64,000 bases of DNA, taken from contig JAYFQF010000016.1 of the NCBI GenBank assembly GCA_034927285.1, positions 36,314 to 100,313 on the forward strand, written 5' to 3'. Every line of letters starts with the position of its first letter. The first letter of the stretch is position 1. Shown piece after piece: positions 35,497 to 46,057 of this stretch. The DNA is from Peptococcaceae bacterium. Lineage in GTDB: Bacteria; Bacillota; Peptococcia; DRI-13; UBA5745. The notes below the pieces were generated by a model that worked only from the letters and a program-made list of their open reading frames with translations, did not search any database and had not been told where the DNA came from. A program made the position numbers and the translations under genes.

Positions 35497-37467
35497 TTAC
35501 CGGCCGCTCAGGCGGGCCAGGGTACAGCCGGTATAATAATGCAGCAGGATCTGCTGATCGTTCAGCCCTTTTTTGGCGTAATCGTTGGCTCCGTATTGGC
35601 ACATCCCCACCCCGTGGCCATAGCCCTTGCTGGTGATTTCCAGGCCCTGGGCGGTAACGGCCGCGCGGAAATTTGCCGAAGGCAGCTCCAGCCGGGAGCG
35701 CAGCTCTGTCCCGCTGAACTCTTTGCCGGAAACGGAAGCGCTCAGCACCCGCCCCGAGGCGCTGCGGTCGGTGACCTGGCAGAGCCGGGACCTGGAACCG
35801 GCGGAAGCGCTGGCCGTAACTGCCTCAAGCTGGGTCCCCAGACGCTTATCCGCCTCTTCCAGGCTGATAATCGTGGTTTTGGAGGAGTAGGGATCCTGAT
35901 GCCCGCTGCAGGCCACCGATTGCAGATACGGCACCGCGCTGCCCCAGACATTGACCGGATCTTCGGTTCTCTCCCCGCCGCAGGAAGAATGATAAAGGGG
36001 GTCGATGATCTGGCCCTGGTAAAGCAGCACCACGTCTTTTGTCTCCTGCACCGCCTGCCGGATCCTGGCTTCCTTTTCGCTGAAGTTCTTTCCCCAGTTG
36101 GCTTTTCTTTCCGCTTCGCTGAGCCAGGTCTGATTAATATTCGTATCGTTGGTGATATCCGCTTCCGGTTCGATTTCCGCCAGGGCGGGGCTGGCCCCCT
36201 TGACGATCTTGCTGACGGAGTATGTGCGGGCCGCTATGGCCTGGGCCTTTAATGCCTCCAATTCAAAAGAGGCTGGCATTTCGCCGGCCACCACGCCCAC
36301 CAGGTATTCTTCCAGATCCATTTCCAGCAATTGCCCGCTTTTGTACTCGTAAAGGCGGATTTTTTGCCCGGAAGCGTTTTCACCGCCGCCCTCGCCGGAC
36401 CCCAGTCCGAAAATCCTTTTCCAGAAGCTGGCGCCGCTTCCGGAGGCGGCTGCATCGTCCGGCTCCGGAAGTCCCGCGGCGCCGCCGCCCTCGCCGGCGG
36501 GCAGGCTTACTTCCGGCAGGTTGCGGCTGTCTACGCTGAGGGCGGTGCCTTCCCGGGGCCGGATGATTCCCTGGCTTTCCAAAGCCGCGGTACAGTATGG
36601 CACTACCCACCAGATCAACGCCGCAAAGATGAGGCAGCGGATCAGGGGAAAGCGGGAACGGCCATAAGCTTTGCCGCGCCGGCCTGTGCCGGCGATGCTC
36701 CTTTGGCGGCCAAAGCGCCCCCCGGGGCCGTCCCGGCCGCCCCTGCCGGCGCCGGGGTACCCGGCTCCGGGATAAGCAGCCCCGGCGGCATGGGCAGACC
36801 GGGTATAATACGGCTTGCCTGCGGCCGCCCCGGCGCTTTTAGGCCGGTTAGCCAATTCAGACCGCCCGGACACCTTGGGTGAGCGGCTCCAATCGGGCTG
36901 CCGGAGCTTTCCTTCCCGCCTGCCCCGCCGCGGATCCCGGCTTCCTTTATCCCCCTGGCCTTCCAGGGGACCGCTGTACCAGGGCACGGCAGAAGCGCCG
37001 GAACCGTGTCCCGGCCCGGGCTCCGCCCCTTCCCCGCCGCCGATCCTCCGGGGGCTTTGATGCCTGCCGGAGAGCTCGGGTCCAAAACACCTTCGCAGCA
37101 GCCTTTGCAGACCGGAAATGCCCTCCACAACCGGAGGCAGGCCTGACGCCGCCGGGCCCTCCGGCCCTTCGTTTCCCCGGGCCCGCACCGGCTCCGCAGC
37201 CGCCGCAAGCTTTGGGGTACCAGCAAGTATTGGGCCGCCGGCAGGCATTGGGACGCCGGCTTCTTTCTCCCTGCTTTGCCTGGCGGCCAAAGCCTCCAAT
37301 TCTTCCTGGCAGCTGCGCCTGACCCGGCCCTGGGAAGGCGACCAAAGGCCGAACATCTTCAGCTGATATTGCCGCCAGCGGCGGTGGCAATTCCGGCGCA
37401 GCTGCTGTAGACTCAATATAAAAGGCGACCGGTTCAGCGGCCTCCTGCCGGATTCTCGTATCTGCAA
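35497..37467 (-). CDS. spoIID: stage II sporulation protein D with about 270-aa R/G/P/A-rich N-terminal extension
   Basis: C-terminal AIAARTYSV...SSCGGERTED...GYGHGVGMCQYGA. TM at aa 273-296. TTG start at 37467 behind AAGGAGGGAG, with no in-frame ATG/GTG/TTG near the TM. Confidence 0.85.
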   Translation of the reverse strand: MQIRESGRRPLNRSPFILSLQQLRRNCHRRWRQYQLKMFGLWSPSQGRVRRSCQEELEALAARQSREKEAGVPMPAGGPILAGTPKLAAAAEPVRARGNEGPEGPAASGLPPVVEGISGLQRLLRRCFGPELSGRHQSPRRIGGGEGAEPGPGHGSGASAVPWYSGPLEGQGDKGSRDPRRGRREGKLRQPDWSRSPKVSGRSELANRPKSAGAAAGKPYYTRSAHAAGAAYPGAGYPGAGRGGRDGPGGRFGRQRSIAGTGRRGKAYGRSRFPLIRCLIFAALIWWVVPYCTAALESQGIIRPREGTALSVDSRNLPEVSLPAGEGGGAAGLPEPDDAAASGSGASFWKRIFGLGSGEGGGENASGQKIRLYEYKSGQLLEMDLEEYLVGVVAGEMPASFELEALKAQAIAARTYSVSKIVKGASPALAEIEPEADITNDTNINQTWLSEAERKANWGKNFSEKEARIRQAVQETKDVVLLYQGQIIDPLYHSSCGGERTEDPVNVWGSAVPYLQSVACSGHQDPYSSKTTIISLEEADKRLGTQLEAVTASASAGSRSRLCQVTDRSASGRVLSASVSGKEFSGTELRSRLELPSANFRAAVTAQGLEITSKGYGHGVGMCQYGANDYAKKGLNDQQILLHYYTGCTLARLSGR

Positions 37468-37677
37468 GGCCTCTCCCTCCTTTGGCGCCGTTATTATCTT
37501 TATGCGCCAGGAGAAGCCTTTATTCGGCAGGGACAGGCCTATTCTGCATCCGGCTCACGCACCTGCATATGACTGTGTATACATTCTACTTAACTTTTTC
37601 CTATATAATTAATATCTATTTTACGATAAAATAAATGATCAGAATAGCCTGATTGAGAAGACTGAAAAAAGGACCCG

Positions 37678-37713
37678 AAAAAACCCGGCCGGCGCATGCT
37701 TTGCGCCGCCGGG
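37678..37713 (-). terminator. rho-independent terminator after murA
   Basis: Minus strand CCCGGCGGCGC-aaagcat-GCGCCGGCCGGG followed by TTTTTT. Confidence 0.7.
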
Positions 37714-37798
37714 CAGAATCCAAAAACGAAGTTGGACCAGGTATTTGTAATATCCGGTATTTTTTCCTTTCGCTGCCGGATGCGCGGCCGCCTGCGGT

Positions 37799-39064
37799 CT
37801 AATCCGCCCGGTTTATCCGGCTGATTACCGCGCCTACCCGCTGCAGCTTCCCCACCAGATCGTCATAGCCCCGGTCAATAAAATGGACATTAGAAATTTC
37901 CGTCCGTCCTTCCGCCGCCAGGCCGGCGATCACCAAGGCGGCGCCGGCCCGCAGATCCGTGGCCTTTACCGCCGCTCCCTGCAAAAGCGTGGGCCCCTGC
38001 ACCACGGCGCTGCGGCCGTTTATCCGGATATCGGCGCCCATGCGCCGCAGCTCTTCGGCATGCATAAACCGATTTTCAAACACGGTCTCGGTGATGACGC
38101 TGGCCCCGCTGGCCTTGGTCATCAGGGCCATGTATTGGGCCTGCATATCCGTAGGAAAGCCGGGATAGGGCAGGGTCTTGATGTCTGTGGCTTCCAGCCG
38201 GCTCCGGGCCTTGATACGCAGGCTGCTTTCCCCTTCGTAAATGTGGCAGCCGGCTTCCTCCAGTTTGGCGATTACCGGTTTTAAATGATCGGCAATCACG
38301 TTTTCCAGGGTCAGCTGGCCGCCGGTCATGGCCGCGGCGATCAGGTAACTGCCGGCCTCGATCCGGTCGGGGATCACCTGATGCTCGCTGCCGGAAAGCT
38401 CCGGCACCCCTTCTATCTTCACGACCTTGGTCCCGGCTCCCCGGATGCGGCCGCCCATACTATTAATAAAATTGGCCAGATCCACGATCTCCGGCTCTTC
38501 GGCGGCGTTTTCGATGACCGTATTTCCCGTGGCCAAAGCCGCCGCCATCATCAGATTTTCCGTAGCGCCTACGCTGGGGAAGTCCAGATAAATCCGGGCC
38601 CCTTTTAAGCAGCGGTTCTCCGCCAGGACATAGCCGTGCTCCTTACGGATGGTAACGCCCATGGCTTCAAAACCCTTCAGATGCAGGTCGATGGGGCGGG
38701 TGCCGATGGCACAGCCGCCGGGCTGGGAAATTTTCGCCCGGCCCAGGCGCGCCAAAAGAGGCCCCATCACTAAGACGGAAGCCCGCATCTTCCGGACGAT
38801 CTCATCGGAGGCTTCCCAGCGGTCGATGGCGGAAGCATCCACATAAAGGTCCCGGCCCAGCCACTTTACCTTGGCTCCCAGACTTTCCAGCACCTGACAG
38901 ATGATTTCCACATCCGCCAGCCGGGGAGTTTCGATGATCCGGCAGGGCGTGGAACTGAGCAATGTGGCGGCAATGATGGGCAGCACCGCATTTTTTGCTC
39001 CGCTGACGGTAATACTTCCTTTCAGCGGATGCCCCCCTTCGATAACGATCCGTTCTGCTGACAT
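37799..39064 (-). CDS. murA: UDP-N-acetylglucosamine 1-carboxyvinyltransferase
   Basis: Full-length match to the MurA pattern (GAKNAVLPI..., [15 protein letters not shown]). Confidence 0.95.
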   Translation of the reverse strand: MSAERIVIEGGHPLKGSITVSGAKNAVLPIIAATLLSSTPCRIIETPRLADVEIICQVLESLGAKVKWLGRDLYVDASAIDRWEASDEIVRKMRASVLVMGPLLARLGRAKISQPGGCAIGTRPIDLHLKGFEAMGVTIRKEHGYVLAENRCLKGARIYLDFPSVGATENLMMAAALATGNTVIENAAEEPEIVDLANFINSMGGRIRGAGTKVVKIEGVPELSGSEHQVIPDRIEAGSYLIAAAMTGGQLTLENVIADHLKPVIAKLEEAGCHIYEGESSLRIKARSRLEATDIKTLPYPGFPTDMQAQYMALMTKASGASVITETVFENRFMHAEELRRMGADIRINGRSAVVQGPTLLQGAAVKATDLRAGAALVIAGLAAEGRTEISNVHFIDRGYDDLVGKLQRVGAVISRINRAD

Positions 39065-39401
39065 CAGCTTCCCCCTAAAATTTCTGAAATCGATGATTGG
39101 ATTAACTTTTGCCGATGGACCGCTTTTTATACCGCCAAAAGCACTACCAAACTAGTATTATATTATATCACAGGAAACTCCTGCCGTCTAATGACCCTTT
39201 CCGTTCATTTGCGACGGAAAATCAACTTTGAAAATTGCCGGAATCTGGCGAATTTTTAATTTTTCTTATTTCGCCAAAATACTGATAATTTACGTTTATT
39301 CCTATATATACGCAAGGCTTAACCCAAGTTAAAAAAATCACATTCATCGTAAAATATTTGTGCAATAAGGTACAAATATTGATAAATAAGGTTTTTTTAC
39401 C

Positions 39402-39430
39402 TTGAATTGATTTTCGTGAGAGGCTATAAT
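39402..39430 (+). promoter_or_regulatory. promoter TTGAAT-17-TATAAT for the V-ATPase operon
   Basis: Hexamers at 39402-39407 and 39425-39430 in a 450-bp AT-rich region. Leader hairpin ATATGGTA...TACCATAT follows. Confidence 0.55.
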
Positions 39431-39510
39431 GTTAAACATATGGTATAAGGGGAGGTTTTATCTTTTTTTGAGATTACCATATCTATTTTAAGGCAAAGGC
39501 AGGTGAGAAG

Positions 39511-39825
39511 ATGTCATTAGAAGCAATCAAGAAAATCGCAGAGACGGAGTCGGAGGCGGAAAAACAGAAGGCGGAAGCCCGGCTGGAGGCCAAACGGATT
39601 CTAGCCGGCGCCGAAACCGAAGGCCGTGAAATCGTCTCAAAGGCCCAGGCCGCTGCGCAGGCAGAGGTCGGTGAGTATTGCCGGAAAGCGGAAGCGGAAG
39701 GTACGGCCGCCGCGCAAAAGATTGCGGAAGAAATCGACGCCCAATGTCAAAATCTGACCGGCAGCGCCACGGGCAGGATGGAGGCCGCAGTCTCGATTAT
39801 CGTAGGAAGGGTAGTGAACGGCTGA
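39511..39825 (+). CDS. V-type ATPase small stator subunit (G/H-like)
   Basis: 104-aa charged coiled coil in the first position of the operon, as in E. hirae. Confidence 0.7.
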   Translation: MSLEAIKKIAETESEAEKQKAEARLEAKRILAGAETEGREIVSKAQAAAQAEVGEYCRKAEAEGTAAAQKIAEEIDAQCQNLTGSATGRMEAAVSIIVGRVVNG

Positions 39826-41780
39826 TGTCAATTGTTGCAATGTCAAGGTTGTGCGTCATCGCACCCCGGAACGTTCGTCGTCCCCTTCTGAAGGAGCTGA
39901 CTAAATTGGGCTGCGTGGAGGTTGGCGCCTCCGCGGAACACTTGACCGATCCGGAATGGACCGCGGTAGCGGAGAAATTCACCGAGACGGATAATCACGC
40001 CGCGGCTCTTTCTCATCTGACCACAGCCCATGATATCCTGGCAAAATACGCTCCCCGGAAGGCCGGCTTCCTGACTCCCCGCAGGATGGTCTCCGAGTCC
40101 GTTTTCCAGGACGGCAGCGTGCTGGAAAAGGCCCAGGCCGCCGCAGAACGGATAAACGGCTATGGCCGGGAAATATCCGCCCTGTATTCCGAAGAGGGCC
40201 GTCTTGCCGCCAGGAAAGCCTCCCTGACCCCCTGGGCCGGGATGAATGTTCCTTTTGGCGCCACTTTCGGACACTCGTTTAAGGTATTGTTTGGCGTTAC
40301 CCCTGCCGCCGGCGTCACCCCCGGTCAACTGGCCGCCGAGGTGGAAGCCGAGCAGGCCGCTTATCTGGAACTGGTCAACAGCGACAGAGAGCAGAACTAT
40401 TTCCTTTTGGTGGTCCATAACGACTCCTATGAGGCCGTGATGGATATCGTCAAGACCAAGGGTTTTTCCATCGTCAGCTTCAAGGACACGGAAGATACCG
40501 CCGCCGAAAATATCCGGCAGCTGGACGCCCGGTTAAAAGAACTGGAAGTCCAGCGCCAGGCTGCGGTGGCCCGTATCCAGGCCCTGGCGGATATGCGGGA
40601 AGCCATCGAACAGGCCATCGACGTGCTGAGCATTGAAAACCGCCGCGATCAGGTGTTAAATAGCCTGGCCGCCACCAAAGAAACCGTATTCCTGGAGGGC
40701 TGGACCCCCGGGGAAACCAAAGCAGCCGTTACCGCCGTTTTGGAAAAGCATGGCTGCGCTTACAGCTTCAGCGAGCCTGCGGAAGGGGAGGAGCCTCCCG
40801 TCTTGCTTCATGATCCCAAATTGATTGAGCCCTTCGGCATGGTGACGGAGCTCTACGCGCTGCCGACCTATGAAAGCAATCTTGACCCCAATCCCTTCAT
40901 GGCCCCCTTCTTCTTTATTTTCTTCGGCCTGATGATGGGAGACTTAGGCTATGGGATCATCATCACCCTGCTTTCCTGGCTGATCCTGAAAAAGGCCCGG
41001 CCGCCGAAAGAAGGCGGCATGTATCAACTGATGAAAATCGGTCTTTACTGCGGCGTTTCCACCATGATCTGGGGAGTTTTGTTCGGCAGCTTCTTTGGAA
41101 ACGTGATCCCCGCCTTTACCGGCGCCATGCTGGGGCATGAAGTGGTTTTCCGCCCCTTGTTATTCGATCCCATGGCCGATCCGATGTCGCTGTTTTATTT
41201 GTCTTTGGTCTTTGGCTTCGTGCAGATCCTTTTGGGTATGGGGCTGCAGGCCTTCCAGCTGATCCGCCGGGGCCAGGTTTTCGACGCCATTTGCGATGTC
41301 GGCTTTTGGTACCTGATCCTGGGCGGAGTGCCCATTTGTCTCCTCGATACGAAGGCGGGCCTGATCCTGATGGCCGCAGGCGCTTTGGGAGTGCTCTTTA
41401 CCGCCGGCCGCGCCAAAAAGGGTTTCGGCAGGATCACCGGAGGCCTGGGCAGCCTTTACGGCGTTACCAGCTATCTGGCGGATATCCTGTCTTACTCCCG
41501 TCTTCTGGCCTTAAGCCTGGCCACCGCCGTGATCGCCCAGGTCATGAACACCATGGGCACCCTGGCCGGCGGCACCCTGGCCGGCTGGATCCTCTTCATT
41601 CTGGTTTTTACTGTTGGCCACGTCTTCAATCTTTCCATCAACCTTTTAGGTACCTTTGTACACACCAGCCGTTTGCAGTATATTGAATTTTTCGGGAAGT
41701 TCTTCGAACCCGGCGGCAGAAAGTTTGCCCCATTATTTAACAAAACAAAATATGTGGAAATCGTTAAGGAGGGTAAATAA
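39825..41780 (+). CDS. ntpI: V-type ATPase subunit I
   Basis: Soluble N-terminal half plus C-terminal polytopic half (LSYSRLLALSLAT). ATG overlaps the upstream TGA (TGATG). Confidence 0.9.
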   Translation: MSIVAMSRLCVIAPRNVRRPLLKELTKLGCVEVGASAEHLTDPEWTAVAEKFTETDNHAAALSHLTTAHDILAKYAPRKAGFLTPRRMVSESVFQDGSVLEKAQAAAERINGYGREISALYSEEGRLAARKASLTPWAGMNVPFGATFGHSFKVLFGVTPAAGVTPGQLAAEVEAEQAAYLELVNSDREQNYFLLVVHNDSYEAVMDIVKTKGFSIVSFKDTEDTAAENIRQLDARLKELEVQRQAAVARIQALADMREAIEQAIDVLSIENRRDQVLNSLAATKETVFLEGWTPGETKAAVTAVLEKHGCAYSFSEPAEGEEPPVLLHDPKLIEPFGMVTELYALPTYESNLDPNPFMAPFFFIFFGLMMGDLGYGIIITLLSWLILKKARPPKEGGMYQLMKIGLYCGVSTMIWGVLFGSFFGNVIPAFTGAMLGHEVVFRPLLFDPMADPMSLFYLSLVFGFVQILLGMGLQAFQLIRRGQVFDAICDVGFWYLILGGVPICLLDTKAGLILMAAGALGVLFTAGRAKKGFGRITGGLGSLYGVTSYLADILSYSRLLALSLATAVIAQVMNTMGTLAGGTLAGWILFILVFTVGHVFNLSINLLGTFVHTSRLQYIEFFGKFFEPGGRKFAPLFNKTKYVEIVKEGK

Positions 41781-41782
41781 TT

Positions 41783-42274
41783 ATGGAATGGATTACAGCA
41801 ATCTTCAGCGGACGTACATTGGCTATCCTTGGGGCCGCTTTATCGATGGCTCTGGCCGGCACCGGCTCGGCGAAAGGCGTAGGCATCGCCGGCGAAGCCG
41901 CCTCAGGTGTGTTGACGGAAGACCCCGCTAAATTTGGTCAGACTCTGCTTTTACAGGCTCTTCCCGGTACCCAGGGTATTTATGGCATGATTATTTCTTT
42001 TTTGATTCTCTTAAAGGTCGGCCTGATCGGCGGCAATCCTGTGGAGCTCACCACCGCTCAGGGCCTTCAGTTCCTTTGCGCCGCGCTGCCCGTAGGCATC
42101 GCCGGCCTGACTTCCGGTATAGCGCAGGGCCGGGCTTCAGCCGCGGCCATGGGGATCATCGCCAAACGCCCCGAGGAATTAGGTAAAGCCATGATGTATC
42201 CTGCCATGGTGGAAACCTACGCCGTACTTTCCCTGCTGATTTCCTTCCTGATGTGGCTGGGTATTGCTGTTTAA
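41783..42274 (+). CDS. ntpK: V-type ATPase proteolipid subunit K
   Basis: Four-helix proteolipid with LPGTQGIYG, GIAQGR and MVETYA. Confidence 0.9.
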   Translation: MEWITAIFSGRTLAILGAALSMALAGTGSAKGVGIAGEAASGVLTEDPAKFGQTLLLQALPGTQGIYGMIISFLILLKVGLIGGNPVELTTAQGLQFLCAALPVGIAGLTSGIAQGRASAAAMGIIAKRPEELGKAMMYPAMVETYAVLSLLISFLMWLGIAV

Positions 42275-42309
42275 TAGAATAACCAATAAATATAAGGGGG
42301 ATTTCTACC

Positions 42310-42909
42310 ATGAACGGTATTGAAAAAATCACCGGCAAAATCGCCGTTGATGCCAAACAGGAAGCGGAAGCCATCCTGTCCCAGGCCCGTTCCGAAGCAG
42401 CAGCCATCGCCGGGAAATACCAGGCCCAGTCCCAGGAGGAAGCCAAAAAAATTCTCGTTGCCGGTGAAGAACAGGCAAAAGAAATCCGGCGCCGGGCCAA
42501 GGCCGCCGCGGAACTGGAAGGGCGCCAGAAAGTCCTGACCACCAAGCAGGAACTGATCGCTCAGGCCTTTGACAAGGCCCTGGAAAAGCTGCTGTCCCTG
42601 CCCGCTCCGGAATATACCGCCCTGCTGGCTCAACTGGCGTCCAGGGCCGCCGGAAGCGGAAGCGAAACAGTCGTCATGTCCCCCAAGGATCGCGAGGCCC
42701 TGGGCCAGGCTGTGGTGGAACAGGCAAATAAACTGCTGAGCCAAAGCGGTAAGGCCGCGGGTCTGACCCTGAGCTCTGAAACCAGAGACTTTAAGGGCGG
42801 GCTGCTTCTGAAGTCCGGCGACGTGGAGGTTAACTGCACTCTGGAAACCATCGTGCAGCTGTCCAAAGAAGAGCTGGCCCTGGATGTAGCCGCCGCATTA
42901 TTTGCTTAA
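42310..42909 (+). CDS. ntpE: V-type ATPase subunit E
   Basis: 199-aa protein with a coiled-coil N-terminus, in the operon position of subunit E. Confidence 0.85.
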   Translation: MNGIEKITGKIAVDAKQEAEAILSQARSEAAAIAGKYQAQSQEEAKKILVAGEEQAKEIRRRAKAAAELEGRQKVLTTKQELIAQAFDKALEKLLSLPAPEYTALLAQLASRAAGSGSETVVMSPKDREALGQAVVEQANKLLSQSGKAAGLTLSSETRDFKGGLLLKSGDVEVNCTLETIVQLSKEELALDVAAALFA

Positions 42910-42920
42910 GCGGAAAGGTT

Positions 42921-43934
42921 GTGGGTAACTTGGCAAAACACAGCATCAAAGATACCGATTATCTTTTCGCCAGTGCCCGTATCAAAAGCATGGAGAAAAA
43001 TCTCCTTTCCCGGGAAAAGCTGGAGCGCATGAGCGAGGCGAAATCCCTGGAGGAAGCCTTCAAGATCTTAAATGAAAACGGCTGGCCGGAGGTTTTGGCC
43101 CCCACTTTGCCCGCTACAGAAGAGATGCTGGCGGCCCGCCGCAGCGAGGCCTTTGCTTTGGTACGAAACATGGCGCCGGATAAGCGGCTGCCTGATGTGT
43201 TCCTGATCAAATATGACTACCATAATATTAAAACCATCCTGAAGGGCGAGGCCACCGGCCAGGACCCTTTGCCTTTGCTGATCGAAGCCGGACGCATTCC
43301 CGGCCGCAGCCTGCTGGTTATGCTCAGGGAGGAAAACTACGCCGATCTGACCAAGACCATGGTAAGCGCTATCGCAGAGGCTAAGGATGTGCTGGCCAGG
43401 ACCCAGGATCCCCAGCTTCTGGACTTTGTCCTGGACAAAGCCATGTACCGGGATATGCTGGATATGGCCGGAGAATTCGGCTCCGACTATCTCACCGGAT
43501 ACGTACGCCTGATGATCGACAGTGTAAATCTGCGTACCGCCGTTCGTCTGCGCCGCATGGGCAAAGGCATCGAGCTTTTGCGCCACGCCCTGATTCCCGG
43601 AGGAAATATCGGGTCTTCCCGGCTGCTGAACGAGATCACTCCGGATCTGATCGAAACGATTTTCGGCGCTTCCTCCCTGGCTCCCGCCGCCGTGGCCGGC
43701 GCCGCCGCCCTGCGGGGAGAAGGCTCCCTGGCGGCTTTGGATCTGGCCTGTGACGACGTTTTGCTCCGCTATCTCAAAGGGGCAAAATACGTCGCCTTCG
43801 GCGCGGAGCCTCTCATCGGCTATCTGGCGGCGGTGGAAGCCGAGCTGACCGCCGTCCGTACCGTGGTGGCCGGCCGCCTGGCGGATTTGAGCGCTGAAAT
43901 GATTATAGAAAGGCTGAGGGAGACATATGTATAA
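42921..43934 (+). CDS. ntpC: V-type ATPase subunit C (d)
   Basis: 337 aa, GTG start, operon position and helical pattern. Confidence 0.85.
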   Translation: MGNLAKHSIKDTDYLFASARIKSMEKNLLSREKLERMSEAKSLEEAFKILNENGWPEVLAPTLPATEEMLAARRSEAFALVRNMAPDKRLPDVFLIKYDYHNIKTILKGEATGQDPLPLLIEAGRIPGRSLLVMLREENYADLTKTMVSAIAEAKDVLARTQDPQLLDFVLDKAMYRDMLDMAGEFGSDYLTGYVRLMIDSVNLRTAVRLRRMGKGIELLRHALIPGGNIGSSRLLNEITPDLIETIFGASSLAPAAVAGAAALRGEGSLAALDLACDDVLLRYLKGAKYVAFGAEPLIGYLAAVEAELTAVRTVVAGRLADLSAEMIIERLRETYV

Positions 43935-44241
43935 AATTGCTGTTATCGGCGACCGGGAAAGCGCCCTGGGTTTTAAAGCATTAGGTCTGGAAACCGTATT
44001 TGCAGACACCGCAGACCAAGGGAAAGAAGCCCTGCACCGCCTGGCCGGCGAAGACTGCGCCGTGATCTACATCACGGAACAGCTGGCCCGGAATATGCAG
44101 CAGGAAATCAGCCGCTACACCGACGAAGTAAAGCCGGCCATTATTTTAATTCCCGGCAAAGGCGGCTCCCTCGGTATCGGTATCGACAGCGTCCATAAAA
44201 CGGTGGAACGGGCCGTCGGCGCCGATATTTTGAAAAACTGA
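43927..44241 (+). CDS. V-type ATPase subunit F
   Basis: MYKIAVIGDRESALGFKALGLE. Confidence 0.85.
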   Translation: MYKIAVIGDRESALGFKALGLETVFADTADQGKEALHRLAGEDCAVIYITEQLARNMQQEISRYTDEVKPAIILIPGKGGSLGIGIDSVHKTVERAVGADILKN

Positions 44242-44284
44242 CCCGGTGATCCGGAAATCTAAATGAAAGCAGGTTGATGACAAT

Positions 44285-46057
44285 ATGGATACAGGCAGAA
44301 TCTTAAAGGTCGCCGGTCCTTTGATCACCGCCACCGGCTTGAAGGAAGCCAACATGTACGACGTGGTTCGGGTTGGTTCTCAGAAGCTGATCGGCGAGAT
44401 CCTGGAAATGCACGGCGACCAGGCCTCCATTCAGGTTTATGAAGAAACCGCCGGCATCGGCCCCGGCGATGTGGTGGAGACCACCGGCGCCCCCCTTTCC
44501 GTGGAATTGGGGCCCGGCATGATCGAAACCATTTACGACGGCATCCAGCGCCCTCTGGAAGCCATCCGGGCCATCGCCGGCCCCAGCATCACCCGGGGCA
44601 TCCAGCTGCCTTCCATCAGCCGTGATAAGCTGTGGAAATTCGAACCTTTGGTAAGCGTGGGGGATCAGGTGACCGCCGGTGATTTCATCGGCGACGTTCA
44701 GGAAAATATCGTCATCCGCCACCATATCATGGTGCCCGTAGGCGTAGCCGGCGAAGTAGCGGAGATCCGGCAAGGGGAATTCAAAGTGGACCAGACGGTC
44801 TGCGTGATCAAGCAGGCCGGAGGCTCCCTGAAGGAGCTTTCCCTGATGCAGAAATGGCCCGTCCGTATCGGCCGGCCCTACAAGGAAAAAACTCCTCCCA
44901 ACACTCCCATGATGACGGGGCAGCGGGTCATCGACACCCTTTTCCCCATCGCCAAGGGCGGTACCGCCGCCGTACCCGGCCCCTTCGGTTCCGGTAAGAC
45001 CGTGGTCCAGCATCAGCTGGCCAAATGGTCCGACGTGGAAATCGTGGTCTACATCGGCTGCGGCGAGCGGGGCAATGAGATGACCGACGTTTTGCGGGAG
45101 TTCCCCGAGCTGAAGGACCCCCGTACCGGCGAAAGCCTGATGAAGCGTACGGTTTTGATCGCCAACACCTCCGACATGCCCGTGGCGGCCCGGGAGGCTT
45201 CCGTTTACACCGGCATCACCATTGCCGAATACTTCCGCGACATGGGCTATTCCGTAGCCGTTATCGCCGACTCCACCTCCCGCTGGGCCGAGGCCCTCAG
45301 GGAAATGTCCGGACGTCTGGAAGAAATGCCCGGCGAAGAAGGCTACCCTGCCTACCTGACTTCCCGGCTGGCCCAGTTCTATGAGCGGGCCGGTTCCGTA
45401 AAATGCCTGGGCAGCCGGGACCGGGAAGCTTCCCTCACCGCCATCGGCGCCGTGTCGCCCCCCGGCGGCGATATCTCCGAGCCGGTGTCCCAGGCTACCC
45501 TGCGTATTGTCAAGGTATATTGGGGTCTGGACGCCAGCCTGGCTTACGCCCGCCACTTCCCGGCTATCAACTGGCTGAACAGTTACTCCCTTTACGAGGG
45601 CCGCCTGGAGAAGTGGTTCAATGAAAACGTAAATAAGAACTTCATGGCCCAGCGGGCGGAAACCATGCAGATCCTGCAGCAGGAAAGCGAATTGAACGAA
45701 ATCGTCCGGCTGGTAGGCATCGACTCCCTTTCTCCCCAGGACCGGCTGACCATGGAAACGGCCCGGATGATCCGGGAAGACTTCCTGCAGCAAAACGCCT
45801 TTGTGGAGACCGACTCTTATACCTCTTTCGGTAAGCAATATAAGCTTCTGGAAGTCATCATCACTTACAATCATCTGGGGAAGGAAGCGTTGAAAGCCGG
45901 CGCCAGAATGGAAGACATTTTCACCATCCCCGCCAGGGACCGGATCAGCCGGGCCAAGGATGCGGACCAGTCGGTCTACGAAAAGGTCTACGGGGAAATC
46001 CTGCAGCAGATGAAAGAGCAGATCAACGCTCTGACCGCACAAGGGGGTGACCGCTAA
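44285..46057 (+). CDS. ntpA: V-type ATPase catalytic subunit A
   Basis: Walker [10 protein letters not shown]. Full-length pattern. Confidence 0.95.
   Translation: MDTGRILKVAGPLITATGLKEANMYDVVRVGSQKLIGEILEMHGDQASIQVYEETAGIGPGDVVETTGAPLSVELGPGMIETIYDGIQRPLEAIRAIAGPSITRGIQLPSISRDKLWKFEPLVSVGDQVTAGDFIGDVQENIVIRHHIMVPVGVAGEVAEIRQGEFKVDQTVCVIKQAGGSLKELSLMQKWPVRIGRPYKEKTPPNTPMMTGQRVIDTLFPIAKGGTAAVPGPFGSGKTVVQHQLAKWSDVEIVVYIGCGERGNEMTDVLREFPELKDPRTGESLMKRTVLIANTSDMPVAAREASVYTGITIAEYFRDMGYSVAVIADSTSRWAEALREMSGRLEEMPGEEGYPAYLTSRLAQFYERAGSVKCLGSRDREASLTAIGAVSPPGGDISEPVSQATLRIVKVYWGLDASLAYARHFPAINWLNSYSLYEGRLEKWFNENVNKNFMAQRAETMQILQQESELNEIVRLVGIDSLSPQDRLTMETARMIREDFLQQNAFVETDSYTSFGKQYKLLEVIITYNHLGKEALKAGARMEDIFTIPARDRISRAKDADQSVYEKVYGEILQQMKEQINALTAQGGDR

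Noticed and set aside
36642-37226. Multiple 80-190-aa ORFs in all frames across the spoIID 5' half.
   Set aside because: They are a product of very high G+C and low complexity. Only the spoIID frame has an SD-preceded start and continues into a recognisable domain.
37560-37640. Sigma-E type promoter for spoIID (and for spoIIID at about 33426-33500).
   Set aside because: ATA...CATA-like strings are present, but I could not place a convincing -35/-10 pair at the right spacing by eye. They are not reported as features.
39678-39824. N-terminal extensions in the ORF track (ntpI from 39678; aminopeptidase from 27549; fur from 25156; rpmE from 62430; DmpA-like from 33568).
   Set aside because: The extensions lack an SD and overlap upstream genes or noncoding repeats. 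Internal starts have good SDs and give canonical N-termini.
44303-46042. 579-aa minus-strand ORF covering all of ntpA, with similar long antisense ORFs at 43068-44009, 52647-53762, 19746-20546 and 17992-19077.
   Set aside because: For the ORFs I phase-checked (44303-46042, 48380-49822, 51404-52474), the antisense frame is in codon register with the sense gene. A stop therefore appears only where the sense gene uses TTA, CTA or TCA, which this GC-rich codon usage avoids. All these translations are low-complexity with no recognisable motifs, while the sense genes have clear family signatures.
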